DNA from: an uncultured Candidatus Binatia bacterium
GTDB taxonomy: Bacteria; Desulfobacterota; Binatia; Bin18
NCBI GenBank assembly: GCA_965200355.1
Contig: OZ241351.1
Coordinates: forward strand, 529,884 to 593,883
Direction of reading: 5' to 3'
Length of the DNA: 64,000 bases
Part shown: positions 1-9,436 of the stretch, piece after piece
Position numbering within the stretch: position 1 is the first letter of the stretch
Layout: each line of letters begins with the position of its first letter
Program-made: the position numbers and the translations under genes
The notes under the pieces: generated by a model
The model's database searches: none
Seen by the model: the letters and a program-made list of their open reading frames with translations, nothing else
Told to the model about the DNA's origin: nothing

Positions 1-212
1 TGACGCGGATGGACGGAGAGTTTGCGCGCCTCGGCCGCCCCCCCTTAGCTGACCCCGAGCGCCACATCATCTTCGACTACCTGAACGCCCACGCCCAGCG
101 TCCGGCCGGCTCAGAACGGGTGGAGCCAGAGTCATAAGCGATATCCGGGTCAGCGGGCCGCCCTCACGGCCGGAGCCCCGCCACTGCTCCGCTGGTGCTG
201 GCGGGGCTGCTC

Positions 213-1532
213 TTATCCCGCCCGCCGGGCCGCCTCGATAGCGTCCAGCTCTTTCGGAATGGCACGGGTCAGCACGTCAGGCCCGTCGGCGGTCACGAGG
301 ACATCGTCCTCAATACGCACCCCAATCCCCCGGTAAGCCGCGGGTACGTCGGCATCTGTGGCAATATACAGGCCAGGTTCAACCGTCAGGACCATGCCGG
401 GTTCAAGCGTGCGTTGCTCTTTGCCGACCCGGTATTTGCCCACGTCGTGCACATCCATGCCCAGCCAGTGGCTCGTGCGGTGCATATAAAACTGGCGATA
501 GTCGCCATTCTCAAGAATGCTCTGGGTACTGCCGGACAGCAGGCCGAGGGCGCGCAACCCGTCGATCAATATCTCCGTGGCGCATTGATGCACATCGTCA
601 AAGCCAACACCGGGGCGAATCATGCCAATCGCCTGTTTTTGCGCGCTCAGCACCAGGCTGTAGATGTCTCGCTGCGCAGCCGAAAACCCGCGGCCAACCG
701 GAAACGTGCGCGTCACATCCGAGCAATAGCAGGCGTACTCCGCACCGGCGTCAATCAGCAGGAGGTCGCCGTCCCGCATGGGTTGATCGTTGGAGATGTA
801 ATGCAGAATCGTGGCGTTTGGACCTGAGGCAACAATTGAGGGGTAGGCCGGTCCGTCCGCGCCGTTGCGGCGAAAATGATATTCGAGCAGGGCTTCGATT
901 TCGTATTCAAACATCCCCGGTCGTGTCTCGTGCAGGGCGGCATGGTGGGCCGCGGCAGACGCCTTGACCGCGCTGCGCATCAGGTCGATTTCCTCCGGGG
1001 TTTTGAACAAGCGCATTTCGTGCAGCAGGTCGCCGGGATCAATCAGCGAGACCGGTCCGCGTCCAAGGCGCGGGCGTTGCAGCCGGCCCTGATGCACAAA
1101 GTCCAGGATTTTTGCATTGAGGCGTTCATCGCGGCCAAGGCCGTAGTAGATATTCTCCGCGGCGAGGAGGTGTTCGGGCAGCACCTCGTCGAGCTGATCA
1201 ATCGTATAGGCCGCATCCACGCCAAAATATGCCTGCGCGCCCTCAATGCCAAACCGTTTCCCCGTCCAGGTCTCTTTTTCTTTGTCGCGCGGACGGACAA
1301 ACAGAATGTACTGTTCCTTGTCGTGATTGGGCGAGAGCAGGCACAGGGATTCCGGCTCTGGAAAACCGGTCAGGTAGTACAGGTCGTTGTCCTGGCGATA
1401 GCGATACTCGACATCCTGAGAGCGAATGGCCGTCGGAGCGGCCGCAAAGAGGGCCACCCCATCGCCCATCTGTTTCAGAAACGCCTGCCGGCGGGCTGCA
1501 TAGGTCGAAAAATCTGCGTTCATTGACATGCT
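213..1532 (-). CDS. pepP: Xaa-Pro aminopeptidase (M24B family, PepP)
   Basis: 465-aa ORF. N-terminal AMP_N-like region and a C-terminal M24 pita-bread fold with the metal ligands. Start placed at MSMNADF (ATG at 1532) rather than the ORF-track start at 1610. Confidence 0.85.
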   Translation of the reverse strand, partial: SMSMNADFSTYAARRQAFLKQMGDGVALFAAAPTAIRSQDVEYRYRQDNDLYYLTGFPEPESLCLLSPNHDKEQYILFVRPRDKEKETWTGKRFGIEGAQAYFGVDAAYTIDQLDEVLPEHLLAAENIYYGLGRDERLNAKILDFVHQGRLQRPRLGRGPVSLIDPGDLLHEMRLFKTPEEIDLMRSAVKASAAAHHAALHETRPGMFEYEIEALLEYHFRRNGADGPAYPSIVASGPNATILHYISNDQPMRDGDLLLIDAGAEYACYCSDVTRTFPVGRGFSAAQRDIYSLVLSAQKQAIGMIRPGVGFDDVHQCATEILIDGLRALGLLSGSTQSILENGDYRQFYMHRTSHWLGMDVHDVGKYRVGKEQRTLEPGMVLTVEPGLYIATDADVPAAYRGIGVRIEDDVLVTADGPDVLTRAIPKELDAIEAARRAG

Positions 1533-1595
1533 ACCGTGTCGTCCGTGTGGTGTTGACTTGACTTTCACCCAACAATTCAAGACGCTCGGTACTAT

Positions 1596-1955
1596 ATGGC
1601 ACACGAGCATTTGTATCCAGAGTCCTTACACGCCCTGCTGACCCGGCTGCCAGAATTGGAAATCGTGCTGGGCCCGCAATCAAAACCCGGCTTACACGCA
1701 GTCCAAAAGCTGCTCCAGGAATCGCTTGCGGCCCGCGCTGACGGCGACGTACCCCAGGCGACCGCAAAAATTGGAACCGCCATGGACACCCTGGCGCAAT
1801 TGGCCGATGGGCTGGACCCGCAGGAGGCCGCGCTCATGCGAATGCTGTCCATCCAGTTCAGGCAGGCGCTGACAATGGGCGATATGGGCGAAACCCGGCG
1901 CGTTTCGGACGTGATGCGCAAGCGTTCCGGGGCGACCATCAAAAAGAAGCCCTAG
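1596..1955 (+). CDS. hypothetical protein (119 aa)
   Basis: Clean ORF divergent from pepP with high-GC codon usage. No recognisable motif. Confidence 0.4.
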   Translation: MAHEHLYPESLHALLTRLPELEIVLGPQSKPGLHAVQKLLQESLAARADGDVPQATAKIGTAMDTLAQLADGLDPQEAALMRMLSIQFRQALTMGDMGETRRVSDVMRKRSGATIKKKP

Positions 1956-2182
1956 ACAGCGCCCGAAACGTTGCGTCCTTGACTTCCGCAGGCCGGTTGG
2001 CTAGTGCAACAGGCATGGCCGATGCACTCCCAGCCTGTTGTGAGAAAGAGATGCAAATCCAGCGCAAACAGATTGCGGCGACCTACTTGTCCTTCCCGGT
2101 CATCAAGGACATTCCCTGTCCGACCTGCCTGCGTATTATCCCGATTCGGGTGTATGAAAAACCGACTGCGGTCGAGTAAGGG

Positions 2183-2518
2183 ATGGCGGGCATGGCGGAA
2201 CGTGTGGACCTGAAAATCGTTCGGGTGAGTATTGAGAACGAGGACACCCCGTGCCGGGTGAGTATTCGAGCCGAGGTCAACGCGCTGACGCAACTGCGCG
2301 CCATTGCCGACAAATTCCGGCGCTCAAAAAAGCGTATTCCCGCCCAACTGGTCATTGGTCCGACCGAAGACAAGCCCGCATCTCACGCCACGGTCCGCGC
2401 CGAAGAGCTTGAACAGGTCATTGTCGAAGGGCTGGCCGCCATGCACCACTCCGGCCAAATCGCCCGTAGCCTCATCCGTCGCTTTCAGGGCCGTATCCTG
2501 GCCGGGGATGGAGAGTAG
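2183..2518 (+). CDS. hypothetical protein (111 aa)
   Basis: ORF only. A 66-aa ORF (1979-2179) with a CPxC pair lies immediately upstream. Neither is recognisable. Confidence 0.3.
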   Translation: MAGMAERVDLKIVRVSIENEDTPCRVSIRAEVNALTQLRAIADKFRRSKKRIPAQLVIGPTEDKPASHATVRAEELEQVIVEGLAAMHHSGQIARSLIRRFQGRILAGDGE

Positions 2519-2837
2519 GTTCTCGCCACCAAATCTGGATTTGCTATGCGGACGGTGCCGCATTTGAGAGCGCAGAAAACAGACGGTAGAAACGCGAGGA
2601 CAGCCGAGCCTGACGAGTTTGAATCGGCCACCATTGCCTACCAGCAAGCCCCCTGAAACCTGGACTACTGGCAGAGGATGGCTACCTTTCTGCAAGCTGG
2701 TTTGGGCTTCCTTCTTCTCTCTTTAATTTTCGTATTCGGACGGTTCTCTCGCGTTTGCGCTTTTCCCCTCGGACAGGGTATACAACCGGCGTTAAACAAG
2801 AAACCCGGCTATGCAGGGCGGGCGTAGAAAAACCAAT

Positions 2838-3122
2838 ATGGCCGTCGATGTGAAACTTCTCGCAAAGGCAGAACAAGCTCCTGCAAACCTATCTTTCAAC
2901 GAAGTGTGTAAACTCGCTGAACAACTGGGGTGGATATCCAAAAGGAGTAGGGGAAGTCATAAAATTTTTCACCATCCGGCTTGGCGTCGCGCCACCTCTT
3001 TGCTTCCGCTCAATCTCCAATCACGGAACGGGCGAGCCAAGCCAGAGCAAGTGGAAGACTTACTCAAACGAGCGAAGGAGATGGGACTTCTCGCTGATAA
3101 GGAGGCCACTGATGAACATTGA
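2838..3122 (+). CDS. hicA: type II toxin HicA (YcfA-like mRNA interferase)
   Basis: Contains the HicA hallmark motif RGSHKIFHHP, is short, and sits in AT-richer DNA. Start at MAVDVKLL; an alternative upstream ATG lies at 2811. Confidence 0.7.
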   Translation: MAVDVKLLAKAEQAPANLSFNEVCKLAEQLGWISKRSRGSHKIFHHPAWRRATSLLPLNLQSRNGRAKPEQVEDLLKRAKEMGLLADKEATDEH

Positions 3123-3393
3123 TGAATTGCCCGCGTACACCTACCATTCCAGCAATGCGAAATATGAGGGGTTTGAAGCGAGGTGTGTGGAAATTCCTGA
3201 GTTGTCTGCTTACGGCGACACTGAATCCGAGGCACTCAAGGAAATTAAAGTCGCGGTAGCTGGTTGGCTGGAAGTCTTGGAAGAGGAAGGAATACCCTTC
3301 CCCACCCCTGTAGATTCCTCGAATTTCGGGAACACCCAACACGAGGCCACCATGCACGCCTTGCGGGAAATCATCGCCCGGACCGCTAAGTGA
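3112..3393 (+). CDS. hicB: type II antitoxin HicB
   Basis: YTYHSSNAKYEGFEARCVEIPELSAYGDTESEALKEIKVAVAGWLEVLEEEG matches the HicB/UPF0150 fold. Overlaps the hicA stop by 11 bp in the canonical hicA-hicB order. Confidence 0.7.
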   Translation: MNIDELPAYTYHSSNAKYEGFEARCVEIPELSAYGDTESEALKEIKVAVAGWLEVLEEEGIPFPTPVDSSNFGNTQHEATMHALREIIARTAK

Positions 3394-3425
3394 TCCTTGG
3401 GAACCCCTACATAGAGGCATCTGAG

Positions 3426-6238
3426 TTAGCGTCTGCGCCTCCGCCATTTCCCCTTCGGCTTCCCCGCCAACGGCACCATCATCTTCTCATACAATCCAAG
3501 CAGATGTTCCACGCGCTCCCGCTCTGAGGCGAAGCCGCTACGGCGGTAGAGACGGTCTACGGCCCGGTCAAGCGTGGTGTGGGCCTTGCGCAGATTGGGC
3601 GGCATCAGGTCGGGGTCGTACAAGTCGGCTAAGGTTGCATCTGGATAGGCCGCGCGGCGTTGAGGACGGCTTGGGCCAGCGGTTCCAGCTTCGATAGGTC
3701 TGCGCCTGCGGGCGGTGTTGGGAAGGTGTTGTAGACGACCCCGACAGAATACATATAGTCGCTCTTCAGGCGGCCAGTCACGGTCCGCATCCACGCCATG
3801 TGCATGGCGGAGGTGAGCAAGGCAAAATCAGCGAAAGTGGCGTTGAGGAGAAGCCGCAGTTTGTCGCTCGGAACCACTGGCGGCGCTAACCAACCGACAG
3901 GGACATAGGCCCGTCTCTCAGAGCTGACCTGAGGAATGACCAGGAACGGCGCGGTGAGGAGCACATTCGCATGGTAGAGCGTGGGTGTTTCGGCCAGTTT
4001 TTGCGTCGGTTTGCTCTTGCTGGCCTGCCGGTAGGCACGAACCGCAGCCATGCGTTCCTTGACGTGAGGCAACTTTGCCAGCGTGGCTGACGGTGCGTCA
4101 TGCAGCGCCAGAATCCAGCGGGTTCCGCCGTGCAGATACTCGCGCGCCCCGACAAACGGGCGCAGGAAAGGTTCAGCGTCCGGTTCGGCCTGCAAGAAAG
4201 CCGCGCGTTCCTCGGAGTCGAAAATATATTGCCCGCCGTCAATCGGCTTGGAGCCTGTCAGCAGTTTTTGCGCTCCGTTAATCGGGCGGCTTTCCTCACG
4301 CACAGTAAGATGTGGGTCGGCCAAACCGCCAGCGTCGAACAGATAGGGGGACAGCGCAGTATGGCGGGTTTCCTCCGGGTCGCCGTTCAAGTCGGGATAG
4401 GCAAACAGGCGTTTCTCCGTCCGCGCGTTATCTCGTCGGTCCAATCCCAAAATGACCACATGCACATGGGCCTTACCGCGGGCGTCCGAGCCCCAGGCAA
4501 AGGGCCGGTGGGCAAAGGCGATTTCTAACCGGTAGCGGGCGAACAGAATCGGCCACAACTGGCCGACCTGCTCGCCCTGCGTGGTTGAGTTGGTCGCCAC
4601 AAAGCCGATGCGGGTCCGCCCGGTGACATACGCGCCCGCCTTGATGAGCCAGGCGGTGACGTAATCCAGGGTCCCGCCGCTGCCGCCCAGACCGGCGAGA
4701 CTGCGGACCTGTTGCCGTTGGGCTACGGTTTGAAACTTCGCGCCAACAAACGGCGGATTGCCGAACACGTAACTGCACTGCGCCGGCGGGAGCAGGCTTG
4801 TCCAGTCGGTTTCCAGGGCGTCACCATGCACGATATGAGGCGAGACGGTGAGGGGAATGCGGGCGTAGGTCTGGCCGAACTCCAGGCTGAGCCCGTTGTT
4901 CATGATGTGGTCCATCATCCACAGCGCAGTCTCCGCAATCCGAACCGGGAACGCGCCAAGCTCGATTCCGTAGAATTGGTCCACATTCACGCAGGACAGC
5001 TCGGCCACGTTCAGCACCCGTTGCGCGGTCTCGCCCGTCACCTCCCGGAGCGTCCGTAGCACCTCAAGCTCAAGCGAACGCAGTTCCCGGTAGGCGATAA
5101 TCAAAAAGTTGCCGCACCCGCAGGCCGGGTCCAGGAAGGTCAGTTGCCCGAGCTGGCGTTGAAAGGCCAGCAGGTCGGCCCGCTTGCGGCTGTCCTTGCG
5201 GGCCTTCAGATGGGCGAACTCGGTCCGCAGGTCATCCAGGAATAAGGGCTCGATGACCTTCAGAATGTTCTGCTCGGTGGTGTAATGCGCGCCCTGAGCC
5301 CGGCGCTCCGCCGGCTGCATGACGGATTGGAACAACGCGCCGAAAATGGCTGGAGAAATGGCCGTCCAGTCGAATCGGCAGGCGTCGAGCAATGCCTGTC
5401 GCATAGGGGTGGTGAAGGACGGAATGCGGGCCGGCTCCCGGAACAGTGCGCCGTTGATGTAGGGAAAAGCAGCCAAGTCCTCGTCCAGCGTGGCGGCCCG
5501 GTCGGGCTCCGGGGTATCCAACACCTGAAAAAGCTGGGCCAGCCACGGGCCTAGGTCCGAGCCGTCCTCGCGGGTGCGGGTTTCCAGGAACTCAAGAAAG
5601 CTGTCGCGCGGCGCGAAGATGCCGGTATCGTCGGCAAACAGGCAGAACACGAGGCGGACGAGAAATAGCTCCAGGTCATGGCCAGCCCTGCGACCAGGCT
5701 CAGGACGGGTGTAACCGGACTGTTGGAGCGCGTCGTGCAGATGGCCCATAAGTGCGGCCGCCTGGATATTGACCGGGTCCTGATCCTTGAACGTGCGTTT
5801 GTGTACGCCCAGAATGAAACCGAATTTTTCGACATTTTGGGGCAGGGCAGCCAAGGCGAAAGCCGCGCGTTGCCGCTCGTCCAGGTCGTGCAACGAGAAG
5901 GTCTGAAAGTCGCTGACCAGGATGTAGCGCGGACGTTGGGACTCGGGCAGGGCGTCAAAATAGTCGCTGGCTTGGTCGAACGCTGCCTTCAGGTCGCGGC
6001 CAGCGCTCTTCTGCTCGACGATCAGCACGCCCGGCCAGAACAGGTCGATGAAGCCCGACCGATTGTCCAGCTTCCTGACGTGCGCTTCGTAGCGGACCAC
6101 CGAACGGCGCTGGACCCCGAAGACCTCAAAGAAGTCATTATAGAAGCTGTGTGTCTCGCCTTTCTCGTAGGCCGCTCCGGCCCACTTCCGGGCAAACTCC
6201 GCCGCCCGGACGCGGATTTCGTTCCAGGAGAGCCGCAT
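3426..6238 (-). pseudogene. MmeI-family type IIL restriction-modification enzyme (fused endonuclease, N6-adenine methyltransferase and TRD); frameshifted near 3650
   Basis: The N-terminus MRLSWNEIRVRAAEFARKWAGAAYEKGETHSFYNDFFEVFG matches the MmeI N-terminal domain. Nuclease motif D-X9-EXK is present as FIDLFWPGVLIVEQK. The gamma-class MTase has motif I (LDPACGCGNF) and motif IV (NPPF). The family-typical C-terminus (LADLYDPDLMPPNLRKAHTTLDRAVDRLY) is read in a second frame, ORF 3426-3794. The junction lies at GCGCGGCC around 3650. Total about 937 aa; MmeI itself is 919 aa. Confidence 0.8.
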
Positions 6239-6257
6239 TGTGTGGTGGTTGGGTTGC

Positions 6258-6303
6258 CGGCCCGCCCCCTCACCCTAACCCTCTCCCTCCAGGGGAGAGG
6301 GAA
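6258..6303. repeat. dispersed ~45-bp palindromic (REP-like) element, copy 1
   Basis: CCCCCTCACCCTAACCCTCTCCCTCCAGGGGAGAGGGAAC contains a CCTCTCCC/GGGAGAGG hairpin. A near-identical copy lies at 7081-7135. Confidence 0.6.
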
Positions 6304-6316
6304 CGCGAGCCTCGGC

Positions 6317-6456
6317 CGGTCCTCCGTTCATGCTGAGCGTAGCCCCCCTGCATCCGGCGGACACCGCAGAGTTTTTGCCGTGCCGAGCGGAGCCGGCCGA
6401 AATTGGACTGGAACAGCATCAGGCACGCGGTCCTCCGTTCGTGCTGAGCGTAGCCC
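6317..6456. repeat. pair of 30-bp direct repeats (CGGTCCTCCGTTC[A/G]TGCTGAGCGTAGCCCC) separated by about 80 bp
   Basis: Seen directly at 6317-6346 and 6427-6456 in the intergenic region between the MmeI-like gene and the TPR gene. Confidence 0.6.
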
Positions 6457-6523
6457 CGGAGGGGCGAAGTCGAAGCACGAACCAGTCAATTTGCGTCATA
6501 CGTTCCAAATTGCCAAGTCATCA

Positions 6524-7080
6524 TCAGTCCCGCTCGGCAATAAACTGTCGCGCTTTTTGGCCCTCGACAGGGTCCAGGCGGGTGAGGATGGCGGCCTGTT
6601 CCTCGGCCTTTTTTCGGCTACCACCCACGAAGCCCGGTGCTTCTATATAGTACCGCATCAGGTCCCAGCGGGCCGCCAGGTGGGTGGGGTCGCAGCCGAC
6701 CGCTTTTTCAAAGTGAGTACGGACGTTCCTGACCAGAGCGAGATTGCGGAGCTGGCGGAACATGCTCATCTGCTCGACGTGAAGTCCGTAGGCGCGTCCC
6801 AGCCAGAGATGATAGTCGGCGTTGCACTGTGCGCCGTCCACAGCCGCCTCGAACCAGGGGATGGCCTGTTCATAGTTGTTCTCTGCAAAGGCGATCCGTC
6901 CCAGATAAAAGGGCGCGCTTGTATTGGTCGGCTGCTGTTGGTGCAGGGCCTCAAAAAATTGCCGGGCTTGGGCCAACTGACCGGCCTCAAAGAGTTGGAC
7001 CCCGGTTTGGAGGTCGGTCTGAGCAACGGCGGGCGGAGAGGAGAAGAGGCAGAGCAGGACAAGGCAGGTGGAGAGAATCG
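6524..7080 (-). CDS. TPR-repeat protein, probably secreted
   Basis: Tandem TPR-like helices (e.g. YEQAIPWFEAAVDGAQ, YHLWLGRAYG). A hydrophobic N-terminus (LVLLCLFSSPPAVAQ) looks like a signal peptide. The ORF-track N-terminus (up to 7162) is the translation of the REP-like element, so the true start is internal and possibly non-ATG. Confidence 0.55.
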
Positions 7081-7135
7081 GGGAAGGAGTCCCCCTCACC
7101 CTGGCCCTCTCCCTCCGGGGGAGAGGGGATAGAAG
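7081..7135. repeat. dispersed ~45-bp palindromic (REP-like) element, copy 2
   Basis: CCCCCTCACCCTGGCCCTCTCCCTCCGGGGGAGAGGGGAT. Followed at about 7150-7170 by a tcttcactc tandem duplication. Confidence 0.6.
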
Positions 7136-7175
7136 GGCCGGGGTGGGTCTCTCGCTCTTCACTCTTCACTCTCCC

Positions 7176-8228
7176 CTAAAACGTGATGAGCGGCTTGACG
7201 ATATTGTCCGCCTTGGTCGTCATCATGGTGAACGCGGTCTCGACCTCGGTAAAGGGAAACCGATGGGTGGTCAGCGGGGTGGGGTCAATCCGTCCGTTCT
7301 GAATCAACCGCAGCAGGCGCGTGACCTGTTCCCGCCCGCCCGGACATAGCGCGGTGTGAATTTTCTTGTCGCCCATGCCCAGCCCGAAATCCGGCAGCGG
7401 AATGCTTAGCGCATCCCCGGCTTCCCCATGATAGCCGATGTTCGAGATCACTCCACCCGGCTTGGTCGCTTTCACACAGTTCTCAAAGGTCGTCGGAGAG
7501 CCTAACGCCTCAATCGCGGAATCAACACCCAGGCCGGCTGTGAGCTGCATAATCTGTTCGACCGCATCCCCCTCGGTCGGATCGACTACTATATCAGCGC
7601 CCATTTTTTTGGCGAGTTCCTGGCGGTCCGGCTTGGAGTCCACCGCGATAACCAAGCCAGCGCCCAGCAGCCGGGCGCTGGCCGTGGCGCACAGCCCAAC
7701 CGGACCCTGGGCAAAGACTGCCACCGTCCCGCCGGCCGGAATCTCCGCGTTCTCGGCTCCCACCAGGCCGGTGGACATCATATCCGTGGTGTAGAGCGCC
7801 TGCTCGTCCGTCAGCTCATCCGGGATGGCAACCACATTATAGTCGGCGTCATTGACAAAAAAGTATTCGGCCATATTGCCGTCACGCTGGGTGGTGTATT
7901 TATAGCCGCCCAACATGCCGCCGCATTGCGAGGTAATGCCGCGCTGACAGGGGTCACACTTGCCGCACGGCGTGATGGCGTTGACGACCACCCGGTCGCC
8001 CTCTTTACAGGTTGTGACATTCGCCCCGGCTTGATGCACGATGCCAACGCTCTCGTGGCCGAGCACCCGGCCCTCGGGAATCTGGATAACACCCCGCACG
8101 GTATGCACATCCGAGGTGCAGATCAGTGAAGCCGTTGTTTGAATCACCGCATCATTCGGGCCGGGGTCAGGAATGGGTTTGTCGATAATACCGACCGTAT
8201 CTATGCCTAAAAATGCCAACGCCTTCAT
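7176..8228 (-). CDS. zinc-dependent alcohol/threonine dehydrogenase family (MDR) oxidoreductase
   Basis: GHESVGIV catalytic Zn site, structural Zn cysteines (CGKCDPCQRG), and a Rossmann-like stretch AVFAQGPVGL. Confidence 0.85.
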   Translation of the reverse strand: MKALAFLGIDTVGIIDKPIPDPGPNDAVIQTTASLICTSDVHTVRGVIQIPEGRVLGHESVGIVHQAGANVTTCKEGDRVVVNAITPCGKCDPCQRGITSQCGGMLGGYKYTTQRDGNMAEYFFVNDADYNVVAIPDELTDEQALYTTDMMSTGLVGAENAEIPAGGTVAVFAQGPVGLCATASARLLGAGLVIAVDSKPDRQELAKKMGADIVVDPTEGDAVEQIMQLTAGLGVDSAIEALGSPTTFENCVKATKPGGVISNIGYHGEAGDALSIPLPDFGLGMGDKKIHTALCPGGREQVTRLLRLIQNGRIDPTPLTTHRFPFTEVETAFTMMTTKADNIVKPLITF

Positions 8229-8255
8229 CGCTTCCTCCTGTTTGTGGACTATTTA

Positions 8256-8690
8256 CTATCGGGCAAAAATCTGTCCCTGGTCTCGAAACGCCTTGAACTC
8301 CAAACCGTTTTGGCTGGGGTCTAAGAGAAACATGGTGGCCTGTTCACCAACTTGGCCACGAAAACGAATATAGGGCGTAATCAAGAACGAGACACCGGCC
8401 CGCGTCAACCGCTCGGCCAACGCCTGCCAGGCGTCCCAGTCAAGAATCACGCCAAAATGCCGGACCGGAACCTGCTGGCCGTCAACCGGATTGGTCGCCG
8501 CGAGTTGAGTTTCTTCAGGAGCCAGATGGGTGGTGACCTGGTGGCCAAAAAAATTGAAATCAATCCAGGTTGCGCTCTCGCGGCCCACCGAACAGCCCAA
8601 GCGGTCAACATAAAATCTCCGCGCGGCCTCCAGGTCCTGAACGGGGAGGGCCAGGTGAAAGGGAATGCTGGGCATGGGTCTGTCCTGCAT
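8256..8690 (-). CDS. VOC (glyoxalase/bleomycin-resistance/dioxygenase) family protein
   Basis: [21 protein letters not shown] is the typical N-terminus of a VOC beta-alpha-beta-beta-beta module. Confidence 0.7.
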   Translation of the reverse strand: MQDRPMPSIPFHLALPVQDLEAARRFYVDRLGCSVGRESATWIDFNFFGHQVTTHLAPEETQLAATNPVDGQQVPVRHFGVILDWDAWQALAERLTRAGVSFLITPYIRFRGQVGEQATMFLLDPSQNGLEFKAFRDQGQIFAR

Positions 8691-8697
8691 CTCTAGT

Positions 8698-9285
8698 CTA
8701 GGATTTCTTTCGTGTCCATAAGACGAGCGGCGGGGGACCGTGGGGACGGTCTTCCAAGCGGCGGCCCAGGCTGATGACGGCCTCTCCGAGCTGACGCAGG
8801 TGCTCCTGCACGGTCTCGTCGGTAATCGCCCCGCCTTTCATCTGATCGGCGCGCACATACACGCTGCCGGGGACGAGGTGCAGATTGAACCAGGCCAAGA
8901 CCGGTTTGAGCTCTTGGTCAATGCTGAGGTAGTGATGGTCGGTATAGGCGTTCCCAATCAAACCGGCAACCTTGCCCATAAAGGCTTCCACCGGAATATG
9001 GTCGAGCAGGTTTTTGAGCGCCCCGGTGTAGGAACCCCGATAGATGGGCGTGCCGATGATATAGGCGTGGGCGGCTTGGATGCGGGCCAGCACCCGGGGG
9101 GTATCGTCCGGGTAGTCTGTGGGTGGCCGCCCATCACAAAAAGAGATGGTAACCTCACGCAGATCAAGCACCTCGGTCGTGATATCCGGGGCGTGGGCGT
9201 GGGCGGCTGCCAGCGCGGTATCGACCAGGGTCCGCGTACTGCCGCCGGTCGTGAGACTGCCTGAAATACCGAGCAGGGTGGTCAT
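8698..9285 (-). CDS. NAD(P)H-dependent FMN reductase family flavoprotein
   Basis: [17 protein letters not shown]...[21 protein letters not shown] is the flavodoxin-like FMN_red signature. Confidence 0.75.
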   Translation of the reverse strand: MTTLLGISGSLTTGGSTRTLVDTALAAAHAHAPDITTEVLDLREVTISFCDGRPPTDYPDDTPRVLARIQAAHAYIIGTPIYRGSYTGALKNLLDHIPVEAFMGKVAGLIGNAYTDHHYLSIDQELKPVLAWFNLHLVPGSVYVRADQMKGGAITDETVQEHLRQLGEAVISLGRRLEDRPHGPPPLVLWTRKKS

Positions 9286-9436
9286 GGGTCCTCCTTCTTC
9301 TTTTCCTTGCTATACCCCGTCACGTCCCGAAAGAGAAGCACCGCTCCCGAGTCCGGGCCCAATCACCCGCCCGACTAGACGCCCCTGGCTCTGCTCAGTA
9401 TGAAGGACACAACGCTCCTGGACATGGAGGGCAGGC

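Noticed and set aside
3426-3794. 122-aa ORF as an independent gene
   Set aside because: Its C-terminal half is the conserved tail of MmeI-family enzymes, so it is the out-of-frame 3' end of the 3426-6238 gene. The N-terminal 45 aa are read-through noise.
6317-6456. Two 30-bp direct repeats as a possible mini-CRISPR array
   Set aside because: Only two copies, an 80-bp spacer rather than about 30-40 bp, and no cas genes nearby. More consistent with a duplicated fragment of a dispersed element.
6524-7162. Full 212-aa reading of the TPR ORF including the N-terminal MKSERPTPALLSPLPRRERARVRG
   Set aside because: Residues about 11-25 are the translation of the REP-like palindromic element (copy 2), so the true start is internal.
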